Shown: positions 28,440 to 38,233 of the stretch, in pieces
Position numbering within the stretch: the stretch's first letter is position 1
Layout: each line of letters begins with the position of its first letter
NCBI GenBank assembly: GCA_043806115.1
Contig: JAZDHI010000059.1
Coordinates: 24,349 to 88,348, forward strand
DNA: 64,000 nucleotides
Direction of reading: 5' to 3'
DNA from: Bacteroidota bacterium
GTDB lineage: Bacteria > Bacteroidota > Bacteroidia > Bacteroidales > Lentimicrobiaceae
The notes under the pieces: model-generated
What the model saw: the letters and a program-made list of their open reading frames with translations, nothing else
The model's database searches: none
What the model was told of the DNA's origin: nothing
Program-made: the position numbers and the translations under genes

Positions 28440-31400
28440 TTAACAGGCCAAAACCATCTCCTCCAATGGCACCAAAGCCTGAATGGCTTTCGAAACGGAA
28501 TCAACTTCCCGGAAGGTAAGGCTCAGCCTGTCGTTCACCTCCTTCATACGGCAGTTGTTATGGTAAATCTGAATAAACTGGAGCACTGACGTGAAGATAT
28601 TACTCTGATAAAACGGCGATTCCCTATTGGTAATAAAAGTGGCTGTAAGCAAGCCGTTGCGCAGGCTGATTTTTTCAAAACCAAGGCTACGGGCCATGCG
28701 ACGTAACCGGATCGTATTCAGCAACTCCTGCGTCTGCGGGGGAACCGGTCCAAACCGGTCGATCAGCTTCTCCTGGAATTTCAACAGGTCTTCTTCAGCA
28801 TTCACACTGTCGAGTTCCTTGTAAAGACTCAGCCTTTCGGTGATGTTGTATACATAACTATCTGGCAGCATGATCTCCAGATCGGTTTCAATCAGGCATT
28901 CCCTGACATATTCCTGTGAAACAGATGTTTTTTCATCGTATAATCCTTTAAAGTCAGATTCCTTCAGCTCCATTATGGCCTCATCAAGGATACGCTGATA
29001 CATTTCAAAACCAATTTCCGAAATAAAACCACTCTGTTCTGCCCCAAGGATATTTCCTGCTCCCCGGATGTCAAGGTCGCGCATGGCAATGTTAAAGCCA
29101 CTGCCAAGTTCAGAAAATTCCTCGATGGCCTTCAAACGTTTCCTGGCCTCATCGGTAAGTACTGAAAGGGGTGGTGCCAGCAGGTAACAGAATGCTTTTT
29201 TGTTGGTCCGTCCTACCCTGCCCCTCAACTGGTGCAGGTCGCTCAGACCATAGTTCTGGGCTTCATTGATGAGGATGGTATTGACATTTGAGATGTCAAG
29301 TCCTGACTCTATAATGGTGGTGGCGACGAGAACATCGTAATGACCATCGATGAACTCGACCATTACTTTCTCGAGTTTATGCCCTTCCATCTGTCCATGT
29401 CCTATAGCAACCCGGGCATCCGGCACCAGCCGCTGAATCATTCCTGCAACTTCCAGAATGTTGTTGATCCGGTTATGTACCATAAAGACCTGGCCGCCCC
29501 TTGACAACTCAAATTGAATGGCATCGCGGATAACCTCTTCGTTGAAAGCATGGAGTTCCGTTTGCACCGGATACCTGTTGGGTGGCGGGGTGTTGATCAC
29601 ACTCAGGTCGCGGGCTCCCATGAGCGAAAACTGCAGGGTACGGGGAATGGGCGTGGCCGTTAAAGTCAGCGTATCCACATTTACTTTCAGTTTCCTGAGT
29701 TTTTCTTTGGTCGATACTCCGAATTTCTGTTCCTCATCGATAATCATCAGGCCAAGGTCTTTAAATTTCACATCCTGGCTTACCAGCCGGTGGGTTCCGA
29801 TCAGAATATCAATCCTGCCATCGGCCAGGTCTTTGAGCGTTTTATTCTGCTCCTTCGTGCTCTTGAACCGGTTAATATAATCAACCCTGCAGGGGAACTC
29901 CTTCAAACGGTCACCGAAGGTATGGTAATGCTGAAGGGCAAGAATGGTGGTCGGCACCAGTACAGCAACCTGTTTGCTGTCGGCTACAGCCTTGAAAGCC
30001 GCCCGGATGGCTATTTCTGTTTTTCCGAAACCGACATCACCGCATACAAGCCTGTCCATCGGATAGGATTTTTCAAGGTCACGCTTGACATCGGCGGTTG
30101 ATTTTACCTGGTCAGGGGTATCCTCATAAATAAATGAAGCCTCAAGTTCATGCTGCATGTATGTGTCCGGTGAAAAGGCAAAGCCATCGGCTGCTTTTCT
30201 TTCGGCATAGAGTTTAATCAGGTCACGCGCAATGTCCTTTACCCTTTGCTTGGTCTTGCTCTTAAGCTTATTCCAGGCATTGGAACCCAGTTTGTTAAGC
30301 CCGGGGATTGTCCCTTCCTTGCCGACATACTTTGAGATGCGGTGCAGAGAATGAATACTGATATACAGGATATCATTGTTCTGGTAAATCAGCCGGATGG
30401 CTTCCTGCTGCCGTCCGTTATTTTCGATTTTCTCCAACCCATCGAACCTTCCTACTCCATGATCAATGTGCGTAACATAGTCGCCCGGTTGCAAGTCATA
30501 AATCTCTTTCATGGTGATGGCCTGCTTCCCTGCAAATCCATCCCTGATCCTGTATTTGTGGTAACGTTCAAAGATCTGGTGATCGGTATAACAGGCCAGC
30601 TTTCCGTCGCGGTCGATAAACCCTTCATGCAATGAGAGGTTTATCACGCTGTATTCCAAATCTTTATCCGTCAATCCGCGATTCCCTTTCAGATCATTCA
30701 GAATACCCTGAATGCGTTCTGTCTGCTTTGGGTTGTCTGAAAGAATGAGGTTGCTGATGCCGGTTTTTGTGTTTTGATCCAGGTCTTTCAGCAGCAGGTC
30801 AAAGTTCTTGTTGAACGATGGCTGTGGCAGCATATTGAAATCGAACTGCTTGCTCTCTTTCATCAGGAAATGGCTGCCGAATTCCACGAGGCTGTGGTTC
30901 AGCAAGTCGGATCTGAACTGCCCGGCTGTACTGAAAAGTGCAGATGGCTCAAGGTGTCTGATTTCGGGTGAAAGGGTTGCAAAAGCCTTCTCCGCTTTCC
31001 CGTACTCCCTGCTTATGATATCGGTTGCCAGAGAAAAATCCCGAATCCAGACAATGGAATTCCGGTTAATGTATGACAGGAAGGATTCGCGTTTCTCCAT
31101 CAGTGAGCGGTCCTGAATGTTCGGCGTTATCGTAACGTGGTCGAGCAGGTCGATGGAGAGCTGATCCGAAGGATCGAAGGTGCGGATGGATTCAACATCA
31201 TCGCCAAAGAACTCGATTCTGTATGGACGATCATTGGTAAATGAAAACACATCCACGATTCCACCCCGTATGGAAAACTGGCCGGGCTCCACTACAAAAT
31301 CAACCCTTTCAAAATTATATTCCATCAGCAGATCTATTACAAAATCAACCGAAAGGTTCTCGCCCAACCCGAGACGAAGGGTGTTTTTCTTCAGGTAAGC

Positions 31401-31829
31401 TTTGCTGACCACTTTCTCGGCCAATGCTTCAGGATAGGTAACCACCAGGGTGCCGCCTTCGCGGGTGCCGATCCTTTTCATAACCTCGGTGCGCGAAAGC
31501 ACATTGATGTTATCAATCTTCTCTATTTCGTACGGCCGGCGATAGGTAGTCGGAAAAAACAGGACTTTCTTTTTATGAAATGGCGTTTCCTGCTCACCCA
31601 AAAGATTTTCGAGATCGTTAAAGAAATAGGCTGCTTCTTCTTTTTCGGGAAGTACAAGCAGATGGAGTGGTCCTGCATTGGTAAAAACCGAAGCAGCTAT
31701 CACCGCCGTTGAAGAACCGGTCAGCCCCTTCAGGTGAATCCTGAAAAGCTCCTTTGAATTGCAAAAAGCAGCGATAGCCGCAACAATCTCTTTGTTGCGG
31801 TAGTGTTCAATCAGTTGCGAAGCTTTCAC
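28440..31829 (-). CDS. mfd: Transcription-repair coupling factor
   Basis: GGIVDVFS, HIDHGVGRF, FIYEDTPDQ, GDVGFGKTE, IDEEQKFG, TATPIPRT, QLRGRVGR, DLDIRGAGNILG. Confidence 0.97.
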   Translation of the reverse strand: MKASQLIEHYRNKEIVAAIAAFCNSKELFRIHLKGLTGSSTAVIAASVFTNAGPLHLLVLPEKEEAAYFFNDLENLLGEQETPFHKKKVLFFPTTYRRPYEIEKIDNINVLSRTEVMKRIGTREGGTLVVTYPEALAEKVVSKAYLKKNTLRLGLGENLSVDFVIDLLMEYNFERVDFVVEPGQFSIRGGIVDVFSFTNDRPYRIEFFGDDVESIRTFDPSDQLSIDLLDHVTITPNIQDRSLMEKRESFLSYINRNSIVWIRDFSLATDIISREYGKAEKAFATLSPEIRHLEPSALFSTAGQFRSDLLNHSLVEFGSHFLMKESKQFDFNMLPQPSFNKNFDLLLKDLDQNTKTGISNLILSDNPKQTERIQGILNDLKGNRGLTDKDLEYSVINLSLHEGFIDRDGKLACYTDHQIFERYHKYRIRDGFAGKQAITMKEIYDLQPGDYVTHIDHGVGRFDGLEKIENNGRQQEAIRLIYQNNDILYISIHSLHRISKYVGKEGTIPGLNKLGSNAWNKLKSKTKQRVKDIARDLIKLYAERKAADGFAFSPDTYMQHELEASFIYEDTPDQVKSTADVKRDLEKSYPMDRLVCGDVGFGKTEIAIRAAFKAVADSKQVAVLVPTTILALQHYHTFGDRLKEFPCRVDYINRFKSTKEQNKTLKDLADGRIDILIGTHRLVSQDVKFKDLGLMIIDEEQKFGVSTKEKLRKLKVNVDTLTLTATPIPRTLQFSLMGARDLSVINTPPPNRYPVQTELHAFNEEVIRDAIQFELSRGGQVFMVHNRINNILEVAGMIQRLVPDARVAIGHGQMEGHKLEKVMVEFIDGHYDVLVATTIIESGLDISNVNTILINEAQNYGLSDLHQLRGRVGRTNKKAFCYLLAPPLSVLTDEARKRLKAIEEFSELGSGFNIAMRDLDIRGAGNILGAEQSGFISEIGFEMYQRILDEAIMELKESDFKGLYDEKTSVSQEYVRECLIETDLEIMLPDSYVYNITERLSLYKELDSVNAEEDLLKFQEKLIDRFGPVPPQTQELLNTIRLRRMARSLGFEKISLRNGLLTATFITNRESPFYQSNIFTSVLQFIQIYHNNCRMKEVNDRLSLTFREVDSVSKAIQALVPLEEMVLAC

Positions 31830-31854
31830 GGCTTGCTTATTTAGTAAGAGATTG

Positions 31855-31862
31855 CAAAGGTA
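31855..31862 (-). promoter_or_regulatory. -7 box (TACCTTTG) for mfd
   Basis: CAAAGGTA on the + strand, 25 bp upstream of the GTG start. Confidence 0.55.
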
Positions 31863-31970
31863 AGTGTAATGCAGCTATCTGCCTGCATCGGATTTCAAGG
31901 ATGTCGGAATGCACAATTTGTTCTTTTAAATACTGTGAAATCATCCAATGACGGAATGCGATGAATGACA

Positions 31971-31998
31971 GCAGGGACATGTCATGTCGTGTTCCTGC
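31971..31998. repeat. Degenerate REP-like palindrome
   Basis: GCAGGGACATGTCATGTCGTGTTCCTGC, an imperfect palindrome resembling GTAGGGACACGGCATGCCGTGTCCCTAC-type repeats; related GGACACGGCATG at 36663. Confidence 0.45.
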
Positions 31999-32016
31999 AT
32001 TTTAATTATCCATCGC

Positions 32017-33018
32017 CTATTCCGAATACATCCGCATCATCTCTTCGGCTTTTTCAACCATGGCTTTAGAACCGACAAAGAAAGGTTCTCTTTGGTGAAG
32101 TTCGGTTGGTTGAATGTCAAGGATGCGTTCAAAACCGGTTGAAGCTTTACCTCCGGCCTGTTCAGCAAGAAAAGCAATGGGATTGCATTCATAAAGCAAC
32201 CTCAGCTTACCGTTGGGGTTTTTATGGGTACCGGGGTAAATATATACGCCTCCAAGAATCAGATTACGGTGAAAATCAGCTACCAGAGAGCCAATATAAC
32301 GGGTTGTATAGGGTCGCAATGTTGAAGGATCATCCTGCTGACAGTATTTAATGTATTGTTTTACCCCTTCATGAAAATAGATATAATTTGCTTCATTGAT
32401 AGAATAAATACTCCCGCCATCGGGTATCTTCATGTCAGGATGAGAAAGAAAAAAAAGCCCGACCGAAGGATCGAGGGTAAAGCCGTTTACCCCAAATCCG
32501 GTAGAATAAACCAGAATGGTAGAAGTTCCATAGATTACATATCCGGCAGCAATCTGCTTTGTGCCGGGTTGAAGAAGGTCCTGAACTGTGCCGGGTCCTG
32601 ATTCACTAACTCGCCGGTAAATTGAAAAAATCGTGCCGATCGGAACATTTACCTCAATGTTCGATGATCCGTCCAGCGGGTCCATGGCTACCACGTACTT
32701 ACCTTTCTGTGAAAAAGCATTATCATAGGTATACAGTTCGTCATTTTCTTCTGAAGCCACTGCGCAAACCATACCTCCGTGCCGCATAGCAGCCAGAAAA
32801 CAATCGTTGGCAAAAACATCCAGTTTTTTCTGATCTTCCCCCTGTATGTTTTGTTGTCCGAAATATCCATTGATGTCGGCCAGCCCTGCTTTGTTAATTT
32901 CACGGTTCACCAGCTTGGCAGCAATGCCGATATCGTTTAATAACCGGGTAAACTCACCGGAAGCATAGGCAAAGTCGGCTTGCTTTTCATTGATAAATTC
33001 TACAAGGGTTTTCATCAT
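32017..33018 (-). CDS. fbp: Fructose-1,6-bisphosphatase class 1
   Basis: [52 protein letters not shown]. Confidence 0.96.
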   Translation of the reverse strand: MMKTLVEFINEKQADFAYASGEFTRLLNDIGIAAKLVNREINKAGLADINGYFGQQNIQGEDQKKLDVFANDCFLAAMRHGGMVCAVASEENDELYTYDNAFSQKGKYVVAMDPLDGSSNIEVNVPIGTIFSIYRRVSESGPGTVQDLLQPGTKQIAAGYVIYGTSTILVYSTGFGVNGFTLDPSVGLFFLSHPDMKIPDGGSIYSINEANYIYFHEGVKQYIKYCQQDDPSTLRPYTTRYIGSLVADFHRNLILGGVYIYPGTHKNPNGKLRLLYECNPIAFLAEQAGGKASTGFERILDIQPTELHQREPFFVGSKAMVEKAEEMMRMYSE

Positions 33019-33027
33019 ATTTAGGAA

Positions 33028-33075
33028 GTTTCAGGGTTATCGAGTTGCAGGGTTCCAAAGTTACAGGGTTCCTGA
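33028..33075. repeat. Six in-register 8-mer repeats (GTTnCAGG), left flank of four-helix-bundle cassette 1
   Basis: GTTTCAGG GTTATCGA GTTGCAGG GTTCCAAA GTTACAGG GTTCCTGA. Confidence 0.8.
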
Positions 33076-33084
33076 GTCCGTTAA

Positions 33085-33128
33085 TTGAGCGGTAGTGGTT
33101 GAGCGAAGTCGAAACCAGCCGAAACCAC
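33085..33128. repeat. Self-nested REP-like repeat of the TGAGCGnAGYCGAAAC type
   Basis: TTGAGCG[GTAGTGGTTGAGCGAAGTCGAAACC]AGCCGAAACCAC: one full copy inside a split second copy. Confidence 0.55.
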
Positions 33129-33174
33129 CCTTGGTTCAGGGATACAGAACTACCTGATTAATAATATGAAAATC

Positions 33175-33567
33175 TTAAATCTGTTTCTTCTTGTGGCCGT
33201 GATAATCAGATCTGTATAAATAATTGATAAATCCCAGTATCTGACCTGACAGATTAAAGCAATCTTCATGTAATTCTTTATATTTTACTTCACCAACGTA
33301 TTGAGCTTCGTATGTTCTGTGAACCTGAGATCTTGTTTCACCTGATGATCCTTTGGAATAATACAGGAAATTAAGGAATTCCTTCTTGCCAACCCTTTCA
33401 AACCCTTCGGCAATATTATCCATAACCGAACCACTCGAATCAAGGATCTGATTATTTAAACCAAAATCTTTTGAAAGTAAAGTGGTTTCAGCAATCTACC
33501 TGACCTTCTTACAAAATTCCCTGGCTTTCTGCCAGATTTCAAGTTCTTCAAAATGTCTGATCGTCAT
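33175..33567 (-). pseudogene. Four-helix-bundle protein (TIGR02436 / PF05635 type) interrupted by an in-frame TAG at codon 24
   Basis: From ATG 33567: MTIRHFEELEIWQKAREFCKKVR*IAETTLLSKDFGLNNQILDSSGSVMDNIAEGFERVGKKEFLNFLYYSKGSSGETRSQ...; family motifs FEELEIWQKA, NIAEG, EF..FL..SKGS..E. TAG at 33496-33498; the ORF track shows only the 3' 82 aa. Confidence 0.88.
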
Positions 33568-33671
33568 ATTCGAAAATATGTCTTTAAACAATTTGATTAT
33601 CAAACTTCCCTTGAAAAAACCCGGTAAGTTAAGGTGAAATGATTAGCGATACAACAGACATGCATTCAAGT

Positions 33672-33856
33672 AACTCTGAAACCTTGTAACCTTGTAACCT
33701 TGTGATAAAGAAACTTTACAGGCCTGTGGCATCGTTACACTTTTTGAATCAGAATTACAATTTTAAACTCAGTTAATCCGCAAAACACTATGCCGCCTGT
33801 AACTTTGAAACCCTGTAACCCTGAAACTTCAGAACCTTGTAAACAGGAAACCTTGT
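33672..33856. repeat. Two 8-mer arrays (AACCYTGW), right flank of cassette 1, reverse-complement orientation to 33028-33075
   Basis: 33672-33703: AACTCTGA AACCTTGT x3. 33801-33856: AACTTTGA AACCCTGT AACCCTGA AACTTCAG AACCTTGT AAACAGGA AACCTTGT. Confidence 0.8.
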
Positions 33857-33873
33857 TACAAGAACAAATATAT

Positions 33874-33881
33874 TAAATTTG
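33874..33881 (+). promoter_or_regulatory. -7 box (TAAATTTG) for the aspartate kinase gene
   Basis: Exact TAnnTTTG 19 bp before ATG 33901. Confidence 0.55.
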
Positions 33882-33900
33882 TACTACCAAACATCGTGGT

Positions 33901-35163
33901 ATGAAAGTTTTCAAATTTGGAGGGGCATCCGTCAAAGATTCAGCAGCTGTTAAAAACGTCAGGGATATTTTACTCCGTTTTCCCGGCGAATCCCTCTGTA
34001 TCATCATTTCAGCCATGGGGAAGACGACCAATGCCCTGGAGAAAATAGCAGAAGCATGGGTCAAGCAGGATGTCAGTGCATTCAGCCTGCTCTCAGAAAT
34101 TGAAAATTATCACCAGAAAATTGCAAATGAACTGATGCACAGCAAGCTAAGCCCGGTAAAATTGATTATTGACGAAGTACGGCTGATGCTTCAATCTGCC
34201 CCGCCTGAGCTTCCCGATGCAGCCTACGACAGGATCGTTTCACAGGGTGAGCTTTTATCTACCTCCATTGTCAGTGCATACCTCAACCATGAAGACATCC
34301 AAAACAGGCTGCTGGATGCAAGGCATTGTGTTATTACCAACGAGTGCTTCAGAAACGGACGGATATCGTGGAATGAAACCGGAAACCGGATTCAACAGGC
34401 ATTTGCCATTGAAACTGATGATGAAATTCCTGCGATAACCATTACACAGGGCTTTATTGGAAGTACTTCTTCCGGATATCCTGTCACCCTGGGCCGGGAA
34501 GGGTCGGATTTCAGTGCAGCTATTTTTGCCTGGGCGCTAAATGCCAGTGAAATGGTTATCTGGAAAGATGTTCCCGGTGTGCTCAATGCGGATCCCCGGT
34601 ATTTCAGTGATACTGTAAAACTAGACAGGATCAGTTACCGTGATGCCATTGAACTGGCCTATTTCGGCGCATCGGTTATCCACCCCAAGACAATCCAGCC
34701 GCTGCAGAACAAAAACATTCCCCTGTATGTAAGATCTTTTGCTGAACCGGAAGAACCCGGCACGCTGATCAGTAACTTCACCGATGAACACAAACAGATA
34801 CCCTGTTATATTTTCAAACCCGGTCAGGTTCTGATGAGTATCTCGGCCAAAGATTTCTCATTTATAGCAGAAGACGGATTGCACAACATTTTCGGGCTGT
34901 TATCGCATATGGGCATCCGCACAAACCTGATGCAGAATTCCGCCATTAGTTTCTCCATTTGTATTGATGAAAATCCAGGCAAACTTCACCGTCTCATTAC
35001 CGCACTCAGCGGTGACTTCAGGGTAAAATACAATCAGGGACTCGAATTGATCACCATCCGGCATTACAACCAGAGAACCATTGATAAAGTGGTAAATCAA
35101 CGTAAAATCCTGCTGGAGCAGAAGAGCAGGCTCACCGTTCAACTCGTGGTTGAAGGGTCCTGA
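33901..35163 (+). CDS. lysC: Aspartate kinase
   Basis: VFKFGGASV, IISAMGKTTNAL, SQGELLS, TQGFIG, TLGREGSDFSA, IWKDVPGVLNADPR, ELAYFGASVIHP. Confidence 0.93.
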   Translation: MKVFKFGGASVKDSAAVKNVRDILLRFPGESLCIIISAMGKTTNALEKIAEAWVKQDVSAFSLLSEIENYHQKIANELMHSKLSPVKLIIDEVRLMLQSAPPELPDAAYDRIVSQGELLSTSIVSAYLNHEDIQNRLLDARHCVITNECFRNGRISWNETGNRIQQAFAIETDDEIPAITITQGFIGSTSSGYPVTLGREGSDFSAAIFAWALNASEMVIWKDVPGVLNADPRYFSDTVKLDRISYRDAIELAYFGASVIHPKTIQPLQNKNIPLYVRSFAEPEEPGTLISNFTDEHKQIPCYIFKPGQVLMSISAKDFSFIAEDGLHNIFGLLSHMGIRTNLMQNSAISFSICIDENPGKLHRLITALSGDFRVKYNQGLELITIRHYNQRTIDKVVNQRKILLEQKSRLTVQLVVEGS

Positions 35164-35320
35164 AACTACTGAACATAATCAAAAGAGATTTGCTTGTCCC
35201 CGATCCGGTATGACGACATCCCCGGAGAGCAGAAATGTTTTGCAATCCTCCAGGGTAGTTTTGCTGAATCAATGCTGTCTTTACGATAAGTATGCAGACA
35301 CTTTATCTTACTGAAATACC

Positions 35321-35328
35321 TATTTTTG
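35321..35328 (+). promoter_or_regulatory. -7 box (TATTTTTG) for the MFS gene
   Basis: Exact TAnnTTTG 22 bp before ATG 35351. Confidence 0.5.
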
Positions 35329-35350
35329 CCCCGAACAACATCGGAAAACC

Positions 35351-36643
35351 ATGAGCAAAACTGTTGAAGCAAAATCAGGCTACAAGTCATTCCCCCGTAA
35401 TTTCTGGACAGTTATAGTCATGGAATTCTTCGAGCGTGGCTCCTACTATGGGGTGATGTCGGTGCTATCCATCTACCTGATTATGTCTCCGGGTGAAGGC
35501 GGACTGGGCTTTTCAAAAGAGGGTGTCGGGGCAATCAAGAGTACCATCACACCCCTGCTCTATCTGCTTCCCATTCTTGCAGGCGCCCTGGCCGACCGTT
35601 TCGGTTACCGGAGGACGCTTATGATGGCATTCACGGTTATGAGCTCGGGTTACTTCCTCACCAGCCTGTCGTCATCCTACAGCCTGGTATTTCTCAGTCT
35701 GATCCTTATGGCTGTCGGCGCAGGATTCTTCAAACCGGTTATCTCCGGAACCATTGCGAGGGTTACCGATGAAAGCAATTCCACCCTGGGATTCGGTATC
35801 TATTATTGGTCGATCAACCTGGGTGCTTTCATCTTCCCGTTGATTCTGGTACCATTTCTGAAAGGCATCGGATGGAATTACATTTTCATCATGGCTTCCG
35901 TTGGCACAGGTTCCATGTTTTTACTTAACCTGTTTGTCTATAAAGAACCTCCCCGCCCGGCGAGTACCAAGCCCCTTTCCGAAGTACTGAAAGGCATCCT
36001 GATGGTACTGAAGGACTATCGTTTTGTGCTGATGATCGTGGTTTACTCCGGATTCTGGATATTGTATTTCCAGATGTTCGATACCGTACTCTGGTATCTG
36101 AAGGAATATATGGACATGACACCGGTAAATAATTTTGTCAACCAATTCCTGGGCCTCTTTGTGGAGTACCCCTCCTGGAAATTCGATACCGAACATGTGA
36201 CCGTCATCAATGCCGGGGCCATCATTGGCCTGCAACTGATTGTATCATCCATTGTTAAGAAGACCCCTGCCCTACCTACGATGATCGTGGGCATAGCCAT
36301 GGGAACCCTGGGGATGGGCATCCTCGCCATCTCAACCTATGCCTGGGTATTTATTGCCGGTCTGATTGTCTTCTCCATCGGGGAAATGACGGCCCATCCC
36401 AAGTTTATCTCCTATATAGGTCTGATTGCCCCACCTGATAAAAAAGCCCTTTACCTTGGCTATTCATTCCTTTATGGGGTGATCGGCAGCGGTATTGGCG
36501 GCATACTGGGTGCAACCCTCTATGTAAAGTTTGTTGATGAAATGGGCAGGCCGGGGATGTTGTGGTTTATCTTCAGCATGATCGGGGTGGCCACCATTAT
36601 CGGGTTGCTGCTGTTTAACCGGTATCTGAAACCGAAACAATAA
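35351..36643 (+). CDS. MFS transporter, POT/PTR peptide-transporter-like
   Basis: MEFFERGSYYG (ExxER motif), GALADRFGYRR, GAGFFKP, FGIYYWSINLGA; about 12 hydrophobic segments. Confidence 0.85.
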   Translation: MSKTVEAKSGYKSFPRNFWTVIVMEFFERGSYYGVMSVLSIYLIMSPGEGGLGFSKEGVGAIKSTITPLLYLLPILAGALADRFGYRRTLMMAFTVMSSGYFLTSLSSSYSLVFLSLILMAVGAGFFKPVISGTIARVTDESNSTLGFGIYYWSINLGAFIFPLILVPFLKGIGWNYIFIMASVGTGSMFLLNLFVYKEPPRPASTKPLSEVLKGILMVLKDYRFVLMIVVYSGFWILYFQMFDTVLWYLKEYMDMTPVNNFVNQFLGLFVEYPSWKFDTEHVTVINAGAIIGLQLIVSSIVKKTPALPTMIVGIAMGTLGMGILAISTYAWVFIAGLIVFSIGEMTAHPKFISYIGLIAPPDKKALYLGYSFLYGVIGSGIGGILGATLYVKFVDEMGRPGMLWFIFSMIGVATIIGLLLFNRYLKPKQ

Positions 36644-36785
36644 TTAATTTTTTTATACCCTTGGACACGGCATGTCATATCCATGCCGGTTTAAAACCCC
36701 GGGCTTTAAAGCAAACAAATCAACCTTGTGCCGATAACCAGCTACCAATAACCATCGATACTAATTATATAACCATAAATCTTTC

Positions 36786-36793
36786 TAAATTTG
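36786..36793 (+). promoter_or_regulatory. -7 box (TAAATTTG) for pfk
   Basis: Exact TAnnTTTG 55 bp before ATG 36849. Confidence 0.45.
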
Positions 36794-36848
36794 CTCTTCG
36801 CCCGAAAATCGGGTTTCCAATAACAGCAAACTAAAATCCCTTTATACA

Positions 36849-38066
36849 ATGAAAGGTTCTATTGCGATTCTGGCAGGCGGTGGCCCTGCTCCCGGCATCA
36901 ATTCAGTAATTGCTTCTGTTGCCAAGGTTTTTATTAAAGATGGGTTCAGGGTGATCGGATTGCACGAAGGGTACAAAACACTCTTTACCGACAAGCCCAA
37001 TATGATGGAGATCGATTTTGCCATGGCCGATCGCATTCACAACCAGGGCGGTTCGTTCCTGATTATGAGTCGCCACAAGCCAAAAGATGCCGACTTCAAC
37101 ACGGGATTTTTTGTCAACAACAATGTAAAACTGCTGGTAACCATCGGTGGTGACGATACCGCCTCCACGGCCAACCGGATCTCCAAGTTTCTGGCAGCGA
37201 ATAATGTTAAAATCCAGAATATTCACGTCCCAAAAACCATTGACAACGACCTGCCCCTGCCCGATGGCATTCCCACTTTCGGTTACCAGAGTGCCAAACA
37301 GGAAGGTGTCCGTCTCGCCACCACTGTATATGAAGATGCCCGTACCAGCGGCAACTGGTTTGTGGTTTCGGCCATGGGCCGCGAAGCAGGCCATTTAGCC
37401 TTCGGTATCGGCGCCGCCTGCCACTACCCCATGATCATCATTCCTGAGATGTTCAACAAAGCCGAAGTCACTTTCGACCGTATCCTCCGGCTGGTGATCT
37501 CTTCGATGATCAAACGCAGGATCCTTGGCATCAGCTATGGAGTTGCGATTATCAGCGAAGGGGTTTTCCACTTTATGACCGACCAGGAGATCACCTCTAC
37601 AGGCATTCAGTTCTCATTTGATGACCATGGACACCCTGAGCTTGGAAATGTTAGCAAAGCCCATATTTTCAACACCTTACTTCAGAAGAAAAACAAAGAA
37701 ATCGGACTCAGCGTGAAAAGCCGTCCCGTTGAACTCGGCTATGAACTGCGCTGCGTGCAACCCATCGCGTTCGATATGCTATATTGTGCCCTGATGGGCA
37801 TCGGGGTAAAACATTTGTTTGACCAGGGCCTTACCAGCTGTATGGTAGTGAGTGGTCCTAACGGTGACATCAGCCCGCTCTATCTGAAAGATGTGGAAGA
37901 TGAACATGGTAAGGTTAAGCCACGTCTCGTTAATATGGACGGACAAAAATCAAAGATGGTTTTCGAAGACAGCCTTCAATACATAGAACCGGCCGATTAT
38001 GAAGCCGCCCGTAAGTATGTTCCGGATCCGGAGAATTATGATTTCAGGAGGATTCTGAATTGGTAA
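36849..38066 (+). CDS. 6-phosphofructokinase family enzyme, probably PPi-dependent
   Basis: GGGPAPGIN, TIGGDDT, PKTIDND, MGR, ELGYELRC. Asp in GGDD plus Lys in PKTIDND is the PPi-type signature. Confidence 0.88.
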   Translation: MKGSIAILAGGGPAPGINSVIASVAKVFIKDGFRVIGLHEGYKTLFTDKPNMMEIDFAMADRIHNQGGSFLIMSRHKPKDADFNTGFFVNNNVKLLVTIGGDDTASTANRISKFLAANNVKIQNIHVPKTIDNDLPLPDGIPTFGYQSAKQEGVRLATTVYEDARTSGNWFVVSAMGREAGHLAFGIGAACHYPMIIIPEMFNKAEVTFDRILRLVISSMIKRRILGISYGVAIISEGVFHFMTDQEITSTGIQFSFDDHGHPELGNVSKAHIFNTLLQKKNKEIGLSVKSRPVELGYELRCVQPIAFDMLYCALMGIGVKHLFDQGLTSCMVVSGPNGDISPLYLKDVEDEHGKVKPRLVNMDGQKSKMVFEDSLQYIEPADYEAARKYVPDPENYDFRRILNW

Positions 38067-38073
38067 TTGGTGA

Positions 38074-38150
38074 AGAGCGCAGATCACAGGAAAAAGGGCG
38101 AAGAGTTGAGAGCATAGGGCACAGGGCTATGAGTGATGGGTGAAAAGCAC
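38074..38150. repeat. About 11 in-register 7-mers (AGRGCnn), left flank of four-helix-bundle cassette 2
   Basis: AGAGCGC AGATCAC AGGAAAA AGGGCGA AGAGTTG AGAGCAT AGGGCAC AGGGCTA TGAGTGA TGGGTGA AAAGCAC. Confidence 0.7.
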
Positions 38151-38233
38151 CGGGACCAGTGAGCGCAGTGAGTCAGAACAAAGAGTCCTGATCATACAGA
38201 TCAAAGTTGGGAATACAAAGCAGGCACTCGTTG

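Noticed and set aside
33496-33498. TAG recoding or alternative genetic code
   Set aside because: No other long gene needs TAG readthrough, and the second cassette has TAG, TGA and a frameshift; ordinary decay explains both.
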